A stretch of 64,000 bases of DNA from Mobula hypostoma (taxonomy: Eukaryota): positions 32,984,001 to 33,048,000 of the forward strand of contig NC_086117.1 of assembly GCF_963921235.1 (NCBI RefSeq), given 5' to 3'. Shown here piece after piece: positions 25,501-37,980 of the stretch. The position numbers were made by a program, and so were the translations under genes. How positions within the stretch are numbered: the first letter of the stretch is position 1; each line of letters opens with the position of its first letter. Below the pieces are notes generated by a model. The model ran no database searches and was not told where the DNA came from. It saw only the letters and a list, made by a program, of their open reading frames with translations.

Positions 25501-27601
25501 TGTTGGAGTGATTTTTGGGTTTAGGACATATACATATAGCAATTGACTTTGGCTACCAGTCTTCAGGACTGAAAGTGTATTGTGCATTTAATAGGGAGTG
25601 CAGCTCTGAACAATGAGTTCCTAAAAGCTTTGAATCCCACTCCAGATAATGCTGATTAAAATTCATCCGAATATCTGTGATGTGGATCTGAATCAGGAGG
25701 TGTGAAGGTTGTATGTGGTTTCAAAGAAAGCATTGTCTATACATTGTAAATATGGAGCTGTCCTTTGATGTTTGGCACATAAAATATCGAGCACCACACT
25801 GGGCCAGCGGACCTTTCCACTGAAAGTGTATCCATATGATGCCTGCTGTACCTTGTTTTGTCAAGTAAAGAAACTGCTTTGTATCTACCAGTATTTTTCT
25901 CCAGTGACTTCATTCACACAACAACAGTGAGGAAGATTGTCAAACCATTCAGCCAGACATAGACTATTTGGAAATGTGGGCAAATTTGATGATGCAAAGA
26001 TCATTGCCAGAAGCTCAGCCATCTCCTCCCTCACCCCCCAAAGTAGCCTCCCAAGTCTTGTCCAGTCCCAGAGACTTATCCAACTTGATGCTTTCCAAAC
26101 GCTACAGCACATTCTATTTATTTATGTCTTTATGCTCAAGATTTTCAATTCACTGTAAGTCATCCTCACAACCGCCAAGATCTTGGAGATCTTAGTGATT
26201 CAAATGGAAGAAGTACTTTGCTCTGGGTCTCATGTTAATGTTATTTCTGGTTTCAAGTCACTCCTTTTTTTGTTACTATTTTGGGCAATTTTGATTGGGG
26301 TGGTCTGTAGATAATGAATGACAAGTGCGAGATTGAATTGAACTGAGCTGAACTGAATATTCCTGAACTCTTTTTATTTTGTATTTTATTTTCTGTGTTT
26401 TTCACTAATTTTTTAAACTTTTTTTGCCATTTGTGCAATTTTTTTTGCATGGGGTGGGGGTTTGATGCTTTTCAATTGAATGGGTTCCAGGCTTTTCTTT
26501 GTTTTGTGGCTGTCTGTGGGAAGTATAATTTCAGGGTTGTATACTCCATACATACTTTGACAATAAATATACTTTGAACCTTTGAGTCTTTGAATTGGTC
26601 CATGTATCTTCTACCAATAGTTATCATTTTGCACTCTTCTACAATACTCGTTGTTAGTCAGCTACAAATGCTAATTGGATTCTCCCAAGAAACACAGAGT
26701 GATTGATTACATTTGCCTCTTCCAGCAAAAACTAGCAAGTGTCAATATAAATTATGCATTCCTATCTTCTGAAGCAGTACGTGTAAAATTATTTGCATTT
26801 CTTTACCGGTATTTATTCATAAGTAATACATTTAAAGTTATCGCTTTTGGAACTACTTTTGATGTTTGTAACGTATTTCATGTTGTTTTATGAATTTTTC
26901 TTTAACCAAACTCCCATCAATAATATACATTGCAATTATCTTGTTAATATAGCAGGCCGCTGAATCTTATACATCGGGAATCTTTTACTCAATTAGATTG
27001 ATTACAGTGCTGTTCAGCACTAATCACTGTGCCTGTTACTTTCCCCATCCTCTGATCCACTACCATTATAATCAGTCTTTCAATCAGGTGCTTTAGGAAT
27101 CGTTGAAGGTGAAGTACTGTTTTATATTAGGTAATTTTGCTTTTGTTAAGATCACCACAATTAGACCTAGTGATATAATTTGAGTATAATTTGCCCTCAT
27201 TTAATAAATGGTTTTGATTCCTTTTCAGTTTTCTAAACACATTAAGGAAAGCTTTCACATTCAAGAAACCAAAAAAGGTTGTTCTCAGTCTGCAGTAGTT
27301 ACCTCACTAATAAAAGATGCGTATTTATATCCTTCTATCCTCTTACAATGTAGCCCTCTTTTCACTCCTCCCATCAGCAGAAGGTACTGGAGTCTTCAGT
27401 CCTACACTACCAGATCCCTGACAATCATCAGGATCCTGAACAGGCATGGAAAATATTATTCATCACTACTCTCAACACATTCTGCAACATATAAACTCAC
27501 TTTCAAGGGCTCTGTATATCTCATGTTCTCAGTATTATTTTTATTTGCAAAGTTTTTCTTCTCTCACGTATTGGTCGCTTGTCAGTATCAATCTGTTTAT
27601 G

Positions 27602-28220
27602 TGTAACCCTCAGGCTCGGCCAGCACGTGTTCGCCTAGGGGAAATCAACCACTGACCCCGCGAAACTGAGAAATCTCGTTTATGTGGATGCTGCGTGATG
27701 TGTTGCCCGGTTATAAATCCGCGCTGCAAAATATCAAACAGTACACAATATGTGATTAAATAATTGAATTTTATAAATCTTAATCTGAATAAAGAGTTAG
27801 TAAAGAAAATAAACAGAAAAAGGGCCCATTTTAAGGAAAAAAGTCTATTGCGCATCGTTGGAGCTCACTGATACAGCTATTCATCAACCACAGACCTCCT
27901 CCGAGCGTCGCCGACCTCCAACTGTAGCCGGTCCTCGGACCCTCGCTCCTCAGTCCACTCCGTTCAGTGGTCTTCCAACTCTCTCCATTCGCGTCCTCTC
28001 TCTCCATCGCTCCCTAACGAAAGCCTACGAAAATCCCGGCTTCCAGATACACAAGAAAGAAAAACATTTCCTCATTGGCTAAACCCTGCAGTCCAAAGCC
28101 CCGCTATCTCTAGCCATAACCTAAACATTGCTGCTACAGAGAACCCATTTCCTTAGCAGTGGAACATTACATAGAAGCCAATGCATTGGCCTTAACAGTG
28201 AAACCTCACAGCATGTTACA
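27602..28220 (-). mobile_element. Solo LTR
   Basis: Terminal inverted repeat tgtaac..gttaca, 619 bp. Shares ctaggggaaa and tgtggatgctgcgtgatgt with the LTR at 59501. Confidence 0.75.
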
Positions 28221-28290
28221 CATTCTGTTGTATTTCACTAATTTCCTGTAAATGCCTGCAAGAAAATTAATCTCAGCGTAGTGTATGATC

Positions 28291-28490
28291 ATTGTTCCTC
28301 TCCATGCCTTGTGGCGCATCGGGTGGCAACCTTGCTGTTCCTTTAGCACTTATCTGTTATTTACGAGGTTGAGTTGCCAGCTCAATGCTCAACCCAGCAT
28401 GGATTGGAGGCGTGCAAGGAGCCAGCTGGATTCGAACCGAGACCACTCAACTTGAAGTCTTGTGTGGATGCCACTACACCACCAGCTGAC
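28291..28490 (-). mobile_element. tRNA-headed SINE with RTE-like tail
   Basis: On minus: A-box-like ggtggtgtagtgg, B-box ggttcgaatcc, tail cccgatgcgccacaaggcatggagaggaac. Second copy at about 30220-30425. Confidence 0.75.
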
Positions 28491-28669
28491 AGTATATGGT
28501 AACATGCAGAGTATATGTACTTTGATAGCAAATTTACATTGAACGTTGAACTTTTACTCGCGTAAGTTCAAAGTAAACTTTTCAAGCTTTTAAGATTTCT
28601 TAAAGAAATCCAACTTTGGGGAGAGGTGGTGTGTACTTGACAAAATCTGGTGCAAATAATTAAGCTTAC

Positions 28670-28965
28670 AACCACAGTCAGTCTGGAACAGGAAGGTAAT
28701 GGTTCTTGTCAGCCCGGAGGGATAGAGTCACTCATTGAACATACTTAGGCACAGTGTTGTGTCTAACAGCCGCAGAAGTTCACATGACTGCTGCTAGTTA
28801 GGAACTGTTCGACAGCAGTCTCCTGTCTCAATTAAGCAGCAGAGTCCCAAATATATGAAGGAAATACCAGCTATTTTCTTGATTAGTTTTTATTTTTTTT
28901 AAAGGGCCGTCCCAAGTAAGTGGCTGCCCCAACTAACTGATGGCCCAACTAACTGGAACCCACTG
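28670..28965. mobile_element. Tigger/pogo-like DNA transposon end
   Basis: Ends cccaactaactggaacccactg|ta (CAGTGG-type TIR, TA target) with repeated cccaantaa sub-motifs. Confidence 0.55.
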
Positions 28966-29679
28966 TATATATTTTAAATATGTTTTTATTTACACAATTT
29001 GGCTTTATATGAACATCGGTAGTTGGTAAGGTTTTGTTTATGTGTAGTTTTTTTCATAATTTGTATTGCATGTCTTTAATTTCCTATAAATGCTTGCAAA
29101 TTTCAAGGTAATTTATGGGTACTTTGATAATAATTTTACTTTGACTTTGAATTTGAGATCATCAAAAGCAATCTTTTTGAGTAGAGAATCCCTCTCTCTT
29201 ATTCTCATTTGTAACTGAGTCCACATCTGCAAATATTCAGTATGATCCTTCACTGGATGCATTATTCACAGCTGGAAAATTTGAGTGGTTGCCGTGGACA
29301 TGCAAAATCAAACACTGGATACACACTGACAGATTACTAACACTGCGTTTCAGGTGCCCAACCTTACTGGTTCCTTTGTGCTTGTTCAGAAGAACTTGGT
29401 CAGCACATCTTGAAGCTCTTGGCTGCTGCAAAATTTCTGCTTGGGAGGGACCTTTCTAATGCAGGATGACCACCTTGTGCATTGTTATGCTCACTGCTCC
29501 CATAGTGTAAAAATTGCTGACTTGAAGGTTAAACTACCACACCCTCATCTTTTAGATTGATTGTCCTTTGCCCATTTTGATTCCTTCTACACCCATTTCT
29601 GTTTCAGTTATTCAGTTTAGTTCATTCAACTCATTATGTCATTGATCATTAGCATCCTGTTTGTCATCTTTGTTTAATT

Positions 29680-30145
29680 AGATTAGATTAGATTCGACTT
29701 TATTATCATTGTGCTGAGTACAGATACAAAACCAATGAAATGCAGTTAGCATCTAACCAGAAATGCAAAGAATAGTGCTATTTACAAAATAACTGTGAAT
29801 AAAAAGGAAGTGCTCCAGCACACAAATCTAAAAGTTCTGAAATAGTACAATATGGGTGCAATACTGCTTAGTGCCGTGATGTGAGGTTCAGCAGGATCAT
29901 AGCCTCTGGGAGGAAGCTCTTCCCGTGCCTGCTGGTGCAGGAGCAGAGGCCCCTGTAGCACCTACCAGACGGGAGGAGAGTAAGAAGTCCATGGTTAGGG
30001 TGAGATGCATCCTTGATAATGCTTTTCGCCCTGCCCAGGCAGCGTTTATGTTAGATGTTCTCAATGGTGGGCAATTGGGTGCCGATAATCCACTAGGCAG
30101 TTTTCACCACCCGCTGGAGTGCTTTGCGGTCCGATATGGAACAAT
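29680..30145 (-). mobile_element. Rex1/Babar-type LINE 3' fragment
   Basis: (ttaga)n tail; antisense RAKSIIKDASHPNHGLLTLLPSGRCYRG. Confidence 0.8.
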
Positions 30146-30219
30146 CATCCATTGAACTATATACCTAAAAAGTAATCAAGTTTTTAATTGAAAAGTGGTC
30201 TGTAGATCAATATGAAAAG

Positions 30220-30425
30220 CAGGGTGGAAGTGTAATGGCATCCGCATTGGACTTTGAGGTGAGTGGTCAGTGTTCAAATCTGGCTGGCTCCTTAATGCTC
30301 TCCATCCATGCTGGGTAACAACATCAAGCTAACAACTCAACGTCATAAAAATACAGACAGAAAAATGCTGAAGAAATGGCAAGCTTTCTACCCAATGTAC
30401 CACAAGGCATTGAAAGGAACAATGA
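30220..30425 (+). mobile_element. tRNA-headed SINE with RTE-like tail, older copy
   Basis: Colinear with the reverse complement of 28291-28490. Confidence 0.7.
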
Positions 30426-30724
30426 ACTTAATATTTTACTTTCTTTAATGAAATACAAAAATTCTCTGTCACTCCTAACTTTTTAGAAAATAAATATTTC
30501 AAGATCTAAAATTTACTCTACAAAGAAAAAAATAAAATGAAACTTACATTAAAAAAAAAACTAGAGTGCTTTGCACAGTAGTTTATATATAGAGTTTTGC
30601 TGAGTGAATTTATCCACACCAGTTCGGGAGCCTGATGGTTGTAGAGTAATAACTGCTTATGTTTGCTTATATGGAAGCCCTACTGAAAGCCAAGGATATT
30701 CCAAATAGAGAGGGTAATTGACTG

Positions 30725-30856
30725 ACAAACAAGAGAAAAACTGCAGGTGCTGGAAATCTAAACAACTCACACTGCTGAAGGAACTCAGCTGGCCAGGCAG
30801 CATCTATGGAAAAAAGTATAGCCAACATTTTGGGCTGAGACCATTCAGCAGGAATC
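30725..30856 (-). mobile_element. PLE mini-insertion with 5' end at hammerhead stem I
   Basis: TSD aattg(a/t)ctg at 30716-30724 and 30857-30865. Confidence 0.75.
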
Positions 30857-33336
30857 AATTGTCTGCTGCATTTTTCCTCAAGTGGGTAGATGAGTGGCTG
30901 AATGTGGGAGGAGTTGGGAAATGTGATGGAGAATGAAAAAAGAGATTCGTACAGGATTGTTATAAAATGTGTGCTTGATAGTTAGTGCAAAAAGTAGAGA
31001 AACAAACTATTTTTTCTGATGGGCTAAATGGCCCATTTCCATGTTGTGTGACTCTTGATGGCGTAACTAATTTTATCCATTGCTGAGTGTTTATCTGATA
31101 GAAAGCTGCTAACTAAAGGCAGCAGTGATGACTCCATCCCTGATAACAGGTTAACACTTTGTCAGGGAACGTGCTGTTGAACAGCAGAAGGCAATATTCT
31201 CTCTTCCTCTTGCTGGTAAATGAAGGTGAATGTAGCACTTTCATTTGCAGTGGGAAAGTGAAGGATAAAGCTACTGGACAAACTGCTGAGAGAACACAGC
31301 ACAGCAAAACTTCTGAAATTAATTGATGAGTGCACATGCTGAGGTTGGACCAATTTAGAAAATTGTCCAAGGCTGATCATGGAGAAATTTTTACAACACT
31401 GATTAAAACTTCTGAATTGGCAAGTTATAATAGTCATTTCCTCTATCCTGAGAGGATGAATCTTTGATCATTTTTACACAGCAATGACACTGGTATTACA
31501 GGTGCATCCTGGTTTGCAGCTGCATTTGCAGTGACTGCACACAGCCATCGTTATAGTGGCTGTCGTCTGAGCAAATGTAGTCACAGTGGTGATCTTGAGG
31601 CTTCAGCTCTTTGAGGCTTCACTCAGCGAAAGCAATGGAAAGAAAAGCTCTTCTTTGTCCTTCTCTTCTTTACATCTGTTCAGCTAGGACAGTAGACATG
31701 CCAGGCAGAATAGCGAAATGCTCCTCTTGCAGGATATAGGACGGCAGGTTGACCTCCAGAGTCCCTGATGACCACAACTGTGAGAAGTTCATCCAGCTGC
31801 AGCTTCTAACACACCACATTAAGGAGATGGAGCTGGCACTGGAATAACTCTGAATCATTCGGAAGGCTGAAGGGGTGATAGGACATATGGAGAGGTAGTT
31901 ACATCCCAATGTGAAGGACACAGGAAACTCTGTGACAGTCAGGAAGGGGAAAGGTGTTAAGGAGCCTGTGCAGAGTATCCCTGTGGCTACCCCTCAACAA
32001 CAGGTATATGACCTTGGATACTGTCAGGGAAGGGGGAGAAGAGGTATGCTGTGGTGATAGGGGATTCATTAGTTAGGGGAATGGACAGGAGGCTCTGTAG
32101 GCGAGAATGAGATTCCCGGATGCTATGTTGCCTCCTAGGTGCCAGGGTCCCAGGGTTCAGGATGTCTCAGATTGAGTCCTCAGCATTCTTAAGTGGGAGG
32201 GTGAATAGCCAGAAGACGTGGTCTATGTAGGTACCAATGACATGGGTAGGATGAGGGATAAAGTTCTGCACAGGGAGTTCAGGGAGTTACGTGCTAAGTT
32301 AAAGGGCAGGACCTCCAGGGCTGTGATCTCAGGATTGCTACCCGTGCCACACGTTAGTGAAAGTAGAACTAGGATGTTTATGCAGTTTAATACGTGGTTA
32401 AGGAGTTGGAGTGGGAGAAAGGGCATGAGATTTTTGGATCATTGGTCTCTCTTCCAGGGAAGGTGAGATCTGTACAGAAGGGACGGTTTGCACCTGAACT
32501 GGAGGGGGACGAATATCCTAGTGGGAAAGTTTGTTAATGCTTCCATGGTGGGGTTTAAACTAGAGTTGCAGGGGGATGTGAACCAGAGTTCCAGAACAGT
32601 TAATGGAGAGGTTATGGATGCAGATGTTGGTAAGATCTCAGACATGTTAGGAATCAAGAGATTGAGCATGGTCCGACTAGTGTAGTGAGCTGCCTGTATC
32701 TCAATGCAAGAAGTATCATGGGAAAGGCAGATGATAGTGCTGAAAATAAGGTAGCTGGTTTACAAGCAGAGGCAATGTGTAGTGAGGAGAGGCAAAATTG
32801 TAGTCAACAGCATGAGTTGCAAGGTAAAAGGAGGACAAAATCAAAAAGCATCAATACAAGACTGAAGGTGTTGTAACTAAATTTCCACAGTATACAGAAT
32901 AAGGTAGATGAACTCGTAGCACTGTTGCAGATTGGCAGGTATGATGTTGTAGGCATCACTGAATCATGGCTGAAAGATTATAGGTGGGAGCTTAATGTCC
33001 AAGGATACACATTGTACCAAAGGATAGGCACGAATGCAGATGGGACCGCATTGCTTTATTGATAAAAAATGAAATCAATTCATTAGAAAGTGGTGACATA
33101 AAGTTGGAAGGTGTTGAATCATTGTTGGTAGAACTAAGGAACTGCAAGGGTAAAAAGATCCTGATCAGAGTTGTCTACAGACCTCCAACAGTAGTAAGGA
33201 TGTGGCCTACAAATTACAATGGGAGGTAGAAAATGCATGCCAAAAAGGAAATGTTGCAATAGCCATTGAGGAATTAAATATGCAGATAATTTGGGAAAAT
33301 CAGGTTTGTGCTGGTTTACAGAAGGGGAATTTCTAG

Positions 33337-33803
33337 CAACAAACAAGAGAAAATCTGCAGATGCTGGAAATCCAAGCAACACGCACAAAGTGCTGGAGGA
33401 ACTCAGCAGGCTAGGCGGCATCTATAGAAAAGAGTATAGTTTATGTTTCAGGCCAAATCCCTTCATCAGGACTGGAGGAAAAAGATGAGTTCAGACTGGG
33501 TGGAGGGGAAGAAGAAACACAAGGTGATAGGTGAAACCCTGAGTGGTGGGGGTGGGGGGAAGGGTGAAGTAAGGAACTGGGGAGTTGATCGGTGAAAGAG
33601 ATACTGGGCAGGAGAAGGGGAAATCTAATAGGAGAGGACAGGATGTCATGCCCTCATAGCGACAATAGAGGAGGCCATGGACTGAAATGTCAGATATCTC
33701 TTTTTCTCCAGTCCTGATGAAGGGTCTCAGCCAGAAACATTGACTATACACTTTTCCAGGGATGCTGCCTGGCTTGCTGTGTACCTCCAGCATTTTGTGA
33801 GGT
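33337..33803. mobile_element. PLE fragment with inverted termini nested in the CR1
   Basis: 9-bp TSD aatttctag at 33328-33336 and 33804-33812. Hammerhead-type motifs at 33437-33474 (minus) and 33709-33746 (plus). Confidence 0.88.
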
Positions 33804-34882
33804 AATTTCTAGAGGGTCTTTGAGATGGCTTTTTATAGCAGCTGATGGTTGAGCCCTCAAGAAGATCAGCTATTTGGACTGGGAGTTGTGCAATGAACCA
33901 GAATTGTTTAGAGATCTTAAAGTAAAAGAACCCTCAGGGGCAAGTGATCATAATATGATTGAATTCACCCTGAAATTTGGGAAGGAAAAGCTAAAGGCAG
34001 ATGTATCAGTATTACAGTGGAGTAAAGTGAATTACAGAGGTATGAGAAAGAAGCTGGCCAGAGATGATTGGAAAAGAATCCTGGCAGGGATGATTGCTGA
34101 GCAGCAATTGCTGAAATTTCTGGAAGCAATTCCAAAGGCACAGGATATATACAGTACATCCCAAGGAAGAAGAGTTATTCTAAAGGAAAGATGACACAAC
34201 TGTGGCTAACAAGAAGTGAATGCCAACATAAAAGCCAAAGAGGGGGCATATGATAGAGCAAAAATTAGTGGGAAGTTTGAGGATTGGGAAGCTTTAAAAA
34301 TCAACAGAAGCCACCTAAAAAAGTCATTAAGAAGGTAAAGATTAAGCTCACCAATAATATTAAAGAGGATGCCAAAAGTTTCTTCAGATACACTAAGTAT
34401 ACAAAACAGGTGAAGGTGGATATCAGACTGCTAGAAAACTATGCTGGAGAGCTAGTAATGGGGATCAACTAAATGGTGGACGAACTGAGTAAGTACTTTG
34501 CATCGCTATGGAAGATACTAGCAATATGTGGAAGTTCCAGGTGTCAGGCGGCATGAACTATGTGAAGCTACTTTAACTAGCGAGAAGGTTCAGGGGAAGC
34601 TGAAAGGTCAGAAGATAGATAAGTCATCTGGACCAGATGGTGTACACCCCACGGTTCTGAAAGTGGTGGCAGAAAAGATTGTGGAGACATTAGTATTGAT
34701 CTTTCAAGACTCACTAGATTCTGGAATAGTTCTGGGAGACTGAAAAATTGCAAATGTCAAGAAGGGAGAGAGGTAAAAGAAAGGAAACTATAAGCCAGTT
34801 AGTCTGACCTCAGTGGCTGGAAAGATGGTTCAGTCAATTATTAAGGATGAGGTCTCAGGGTACTTGGAGGCACAGGATAAAA

Positions 34883-35570
34883 AATACTTTATACTTTATT
34901 GTCGCCAAACAATTGGTACTAGAACATACAATCATCACAGCGATATTTGATTCTGCACTTCACACTCCCTGGATTACAAATATTAAATATTAAAGATATT
35001 AAAAATAGTTAAAATTAGTAAATATTAAAAAATTAAATTATAAATCATAAATAGAAAATAGAAAAATGGGAAGTAAGGTAGTGCAAAAAAAACAAGAGGC
35101 AGCTCCGGATATTTGGAGGGTACGGCCCAGATCCGGGTCAGGATCCATTCAGCAGTCTTATCACAGTTGGAAAGAAGCTGTTCCCAAATCTGCCCGTACA
35201 AGTCTTCAAGCTCCCGGAGGGAAGAGGGACGAAAAGTCTGTTAGCTGGGTGGGTCGTGTCCTTGATTATCCTGGCAGCACTGCTCCAACAGCGTGCGGTG
35301 TAAAGTGAGTCCATGGACAGAAGATTGGTTTGTGTGATGTGCTGTGCCGTGTTCACGATCTTCTTCAGCTTCTTTCAGTCTTGGACAGGACAACTTCCAT
35401 ACCAGGTTGTGATGCACCCTAGAAGAATGCTTTCTACGGTGCATCTATAAAAATTAGTGAGGGTTTTAGGGGACAGGCCAAATTTCTTTAGTTTTCTCAG
35501 GAAGTAAAGGCGCTGGTGGGCTTTCTTGGCAGTGAACTCTGCTTGGTTGGACCAAGTCAGGTCACTTCTC
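34883..35570 (-). mobile_element. Rex1/Babar-type LINE 3' fragment nested in the CR1
   Basis: ORF 35138-35356 AARIIKDTTHPANRLFVPLPSG..RFGNSFFPTVIRLLN; tail atactttatactttattgtcgcc. The CR1 RT resumes at about 35572. Confidence 0.85.
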
Positions 35571-36899
35571 TATAAAATAGTCTATAGTCAGCATGGTTTC
35601 CTCATGGGAAAATCTTGCCTGACAAATCTGTTGGAATTCTTTTCAGAAATAAGCGGGATAGACAAAGGAGAATTGGTTGATGTGTACTTGGATTTTCGGA
35701 AGGCCTTTGACAAGGTGCCACAAATGAGTTTGCTTAACAAGCTACAAGCCCATGGTATTATAGGAAGGATTCTAGCATGGATAAAGCAGTGGTTGATTGG
35801 CAGGAGGCAAAGAGTCGGAATAAAGTGGGCCTTTTCTGGCTGGCTTGCTGTTAGTCTCTAGTGGTGTTCCACAGGGATCTGTGTTGGAACAGATTCTTTT
35901 AACTTGTATATCAATGATTTGGATGATGGAATTGATGACTTTGTTGAGAAGTTTACCTACAATATGAAAATAGGTGGAGGGGCAAGTAGTCTTGAGGCAG
36001 GCTACAGAAGGACTTAGGCAGATTAGGAAAATGGGCAAAGAAATGGCAGATGGAATATAGGACCGTGAAGTGCATAGTCATGCACTTTGGTAGAAGAAAT
36101 GAAAGAATTGGCTATTTTCCAAATGGAGAGAAAATACAAAAAAACTGATGTGCAAAGGGACTTAGGAGTCCTTGTGCAGGATTCCCTAAAGGTTAATTTG
36201 CAGGTTGAGTCTGTGAAGAGGAAGGCAATTGTGATGTTTGCATTCATTTCAGGAGGACTAGAATATAAAAGCAAGGATGTGATGTTGAAACTTCATAAAG
36301 CACTGATAAGGTTTCACCTGGAGTGTTTTGAGTAAGTTTGGGCCCCTTATTGTAGAATGGATGTGCTGAAACTGGAGAAGGTTTAACAGAAGTTCATAAA
36401 AATGATTCCAAGTTTGAATGACCTGTCATATGAAGAGCTTTAATGGCTCTGGTCCTGTATTCACTGGAATTTAGAAGAATGAGGGGTGACCCATTGAAAC
36501 CTATTGATAGTGAAAGGCCTTTATAGTGTGTATGTGAAGAGGATGTTTCCTATGGTGGGAGAGTCTAAGACCAGAGGACACAGCCTCAGAATATAGGGGC
36601 AGACTCTTAGGACAGAAATGAGGAGGAATTTCTTTAGCCAGAGAGTGGTGAATCTGTGGAATGCTTTGCCACAGGCAGCCGTGGAGGCCAAGTCTTTATG
36701 TATATTTAAGGCAGAGAATGGTAGGTTCTTGATTTGTCATGGCATGAAGGAATATGATGAGATGGCAAGAGATTGTGGCTGAGGGGAAAATTGGATCAGA
36801 CGAATCCAAATGAAATGAAATGGTGGAGCAGACTCGATGGGCTAATTCTGCTCCTATATCTTATGGTCTTATTTCAATGTACTTTGAGCATCAGAACAG

Positions 36900-37090
36900 G
36901 ACCATGGTGTGACAGTTAATATTACACAATTCGACCCGGTAAGGAGTCTGTAAGGAGTGTTTGTGTGTTTTCCCTGTGACTGCATGGGTTTCTTCCTTTG
37001 ACTCCAAAATCATATTAGTTAGTAGGTTAATTGGTCACGTGGGTGTAATTGATTGGTGTGGTAGGACATGTTACCATGCTGTATCTCTAA
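36900..37090 (+). mobile_element. HE1-like SINE, degenerate
   Basis: gtaaggagtgtttgtgtgttttccctgtgactgcatgggtttc..gtaggttaattggtcac core. Confidence 0.55.
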
Positions 37091-37449
37091 AATTTTAAAA
37101 AAGGTAATAACTGATTCCTTGGTGCACTTGGCTTCATGCTGAGATCCTTCTCATTCTTGTAGCAACTGGCTTAGAAAGTCAAAAAGATTGTGTCACATGG
37201 AGAGATGTATAGGCTCCAAATCAGTGTAATTTTGGTGATGTAACAGCAGCTATTTTCCATTTTAAGGAGGCCAAGTTTTATATGTATCAGAATAAAGGAG
37301 ATGCAGCAATGGCTTGCAAGCCCAAGCCCACGATTACTCTAGTTTTTTCTCCAAATTTCTACACCTGCAGTTCATTGTGGCACCAAATCAATATTGATCA
37401 AAGACTGATATCATGAATGTCCTCTCTTCACACACCAGATGGACGTTAG

Positions 37450-37980
37450 CATCAGATTCAGATTTATTTATCACATTGAAACATACAGCGAAGTGAAAAA
37501 CATTTCTGTTAATAAGCAGCACACCCAAGGATGTCCATGGAGATGTCTGTAAGTGTCGCCATATATTCTCGTGGCAACGTAGCATGCCACACCCTTCAGA
37601 AGAACAACACAAGCAGTAATAACAACAACAATTAATGCAAGATAAGAACAGCGAAAAACAAGCCCTGTTCCCACTCCCCATTCATCCACCCAAACATTTG
37701 CATTCACAAACAGGTCTCCAGTGCCAGGACTTGCTGCCTCTGGACCTCCAGACAGAGTCACAGACATTCGGCCTCCAATTTCTGAATTTATCATCCTCTG
37801 GGTATTGACCACAGGACTCTTCAGTCAAGGTTTGAACTTTGGACCTAGACTCCAGGACTCACTGTTCATGGGTTTGCCCTTCAAGTCTTGACTTCGGGAC
37901 TCGCACAGAACTCTGACCCTGGTGAGCTGGGAGGTCTCCAGCCACTGTGACCCCTTCAGACCTCAACCTCTGGACTCACC
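37450..37980 (-). mobile_element. LINE/SINE-derived element with Rex1/L2-type tail
   Basis: Tail tcagattcagatttatttatcacattgaaacatacag; internal degenerate ggactc repeats of about 42 bp. Confidence 0.5.

Larger units (their letters stand above)
27290..28560 (+). mobile_element. Rex1-type LINE 3' fragment hosting a solo LTR and a SINE
   Basis: PPISRRYWSLQSYTTR-like C-terminus. The 3' UTR resumes after 28220 and after 28490 and ends in ttgaac repeats. Confidence 0.6.
31680..36870 (+). mobile_element. Near-full-length decayed CR1 LINE (ORF1 SGNH esterase; ORF2 APE endonuclease and RT; 3' UTR) with nested insertions
   Basis: ORF1 motifs GDSLVRG, CCLLGARV, VYVGTNDMG, DGLHLNWRGTNIL. ORF2 motifs YLNARSI, ASDHNMIEF, KSSGPDGVHP, QHGFLMGKSCLTNLLEFF, YLDFRKAFDKVP. 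Tail ctgctcctatatcttatggtctt. Many stops and frameshifts. Confidence 0.95.

Noticed and set aside
26999-27026. IRE-like CAGUGC loop or small hairpin
   Set aside because: No bulged C five pairs from the loop, and the upper stem has a mismatch.
28291-28490. tRNA gene
   Set aside because: A and B boxes are present, but there is no complete cloverleaf and it continues into a SINE body and tail.
29230-29500. Possible RTE RT fragment
   Set aside because: Too decayed to show a diagnostic motif.
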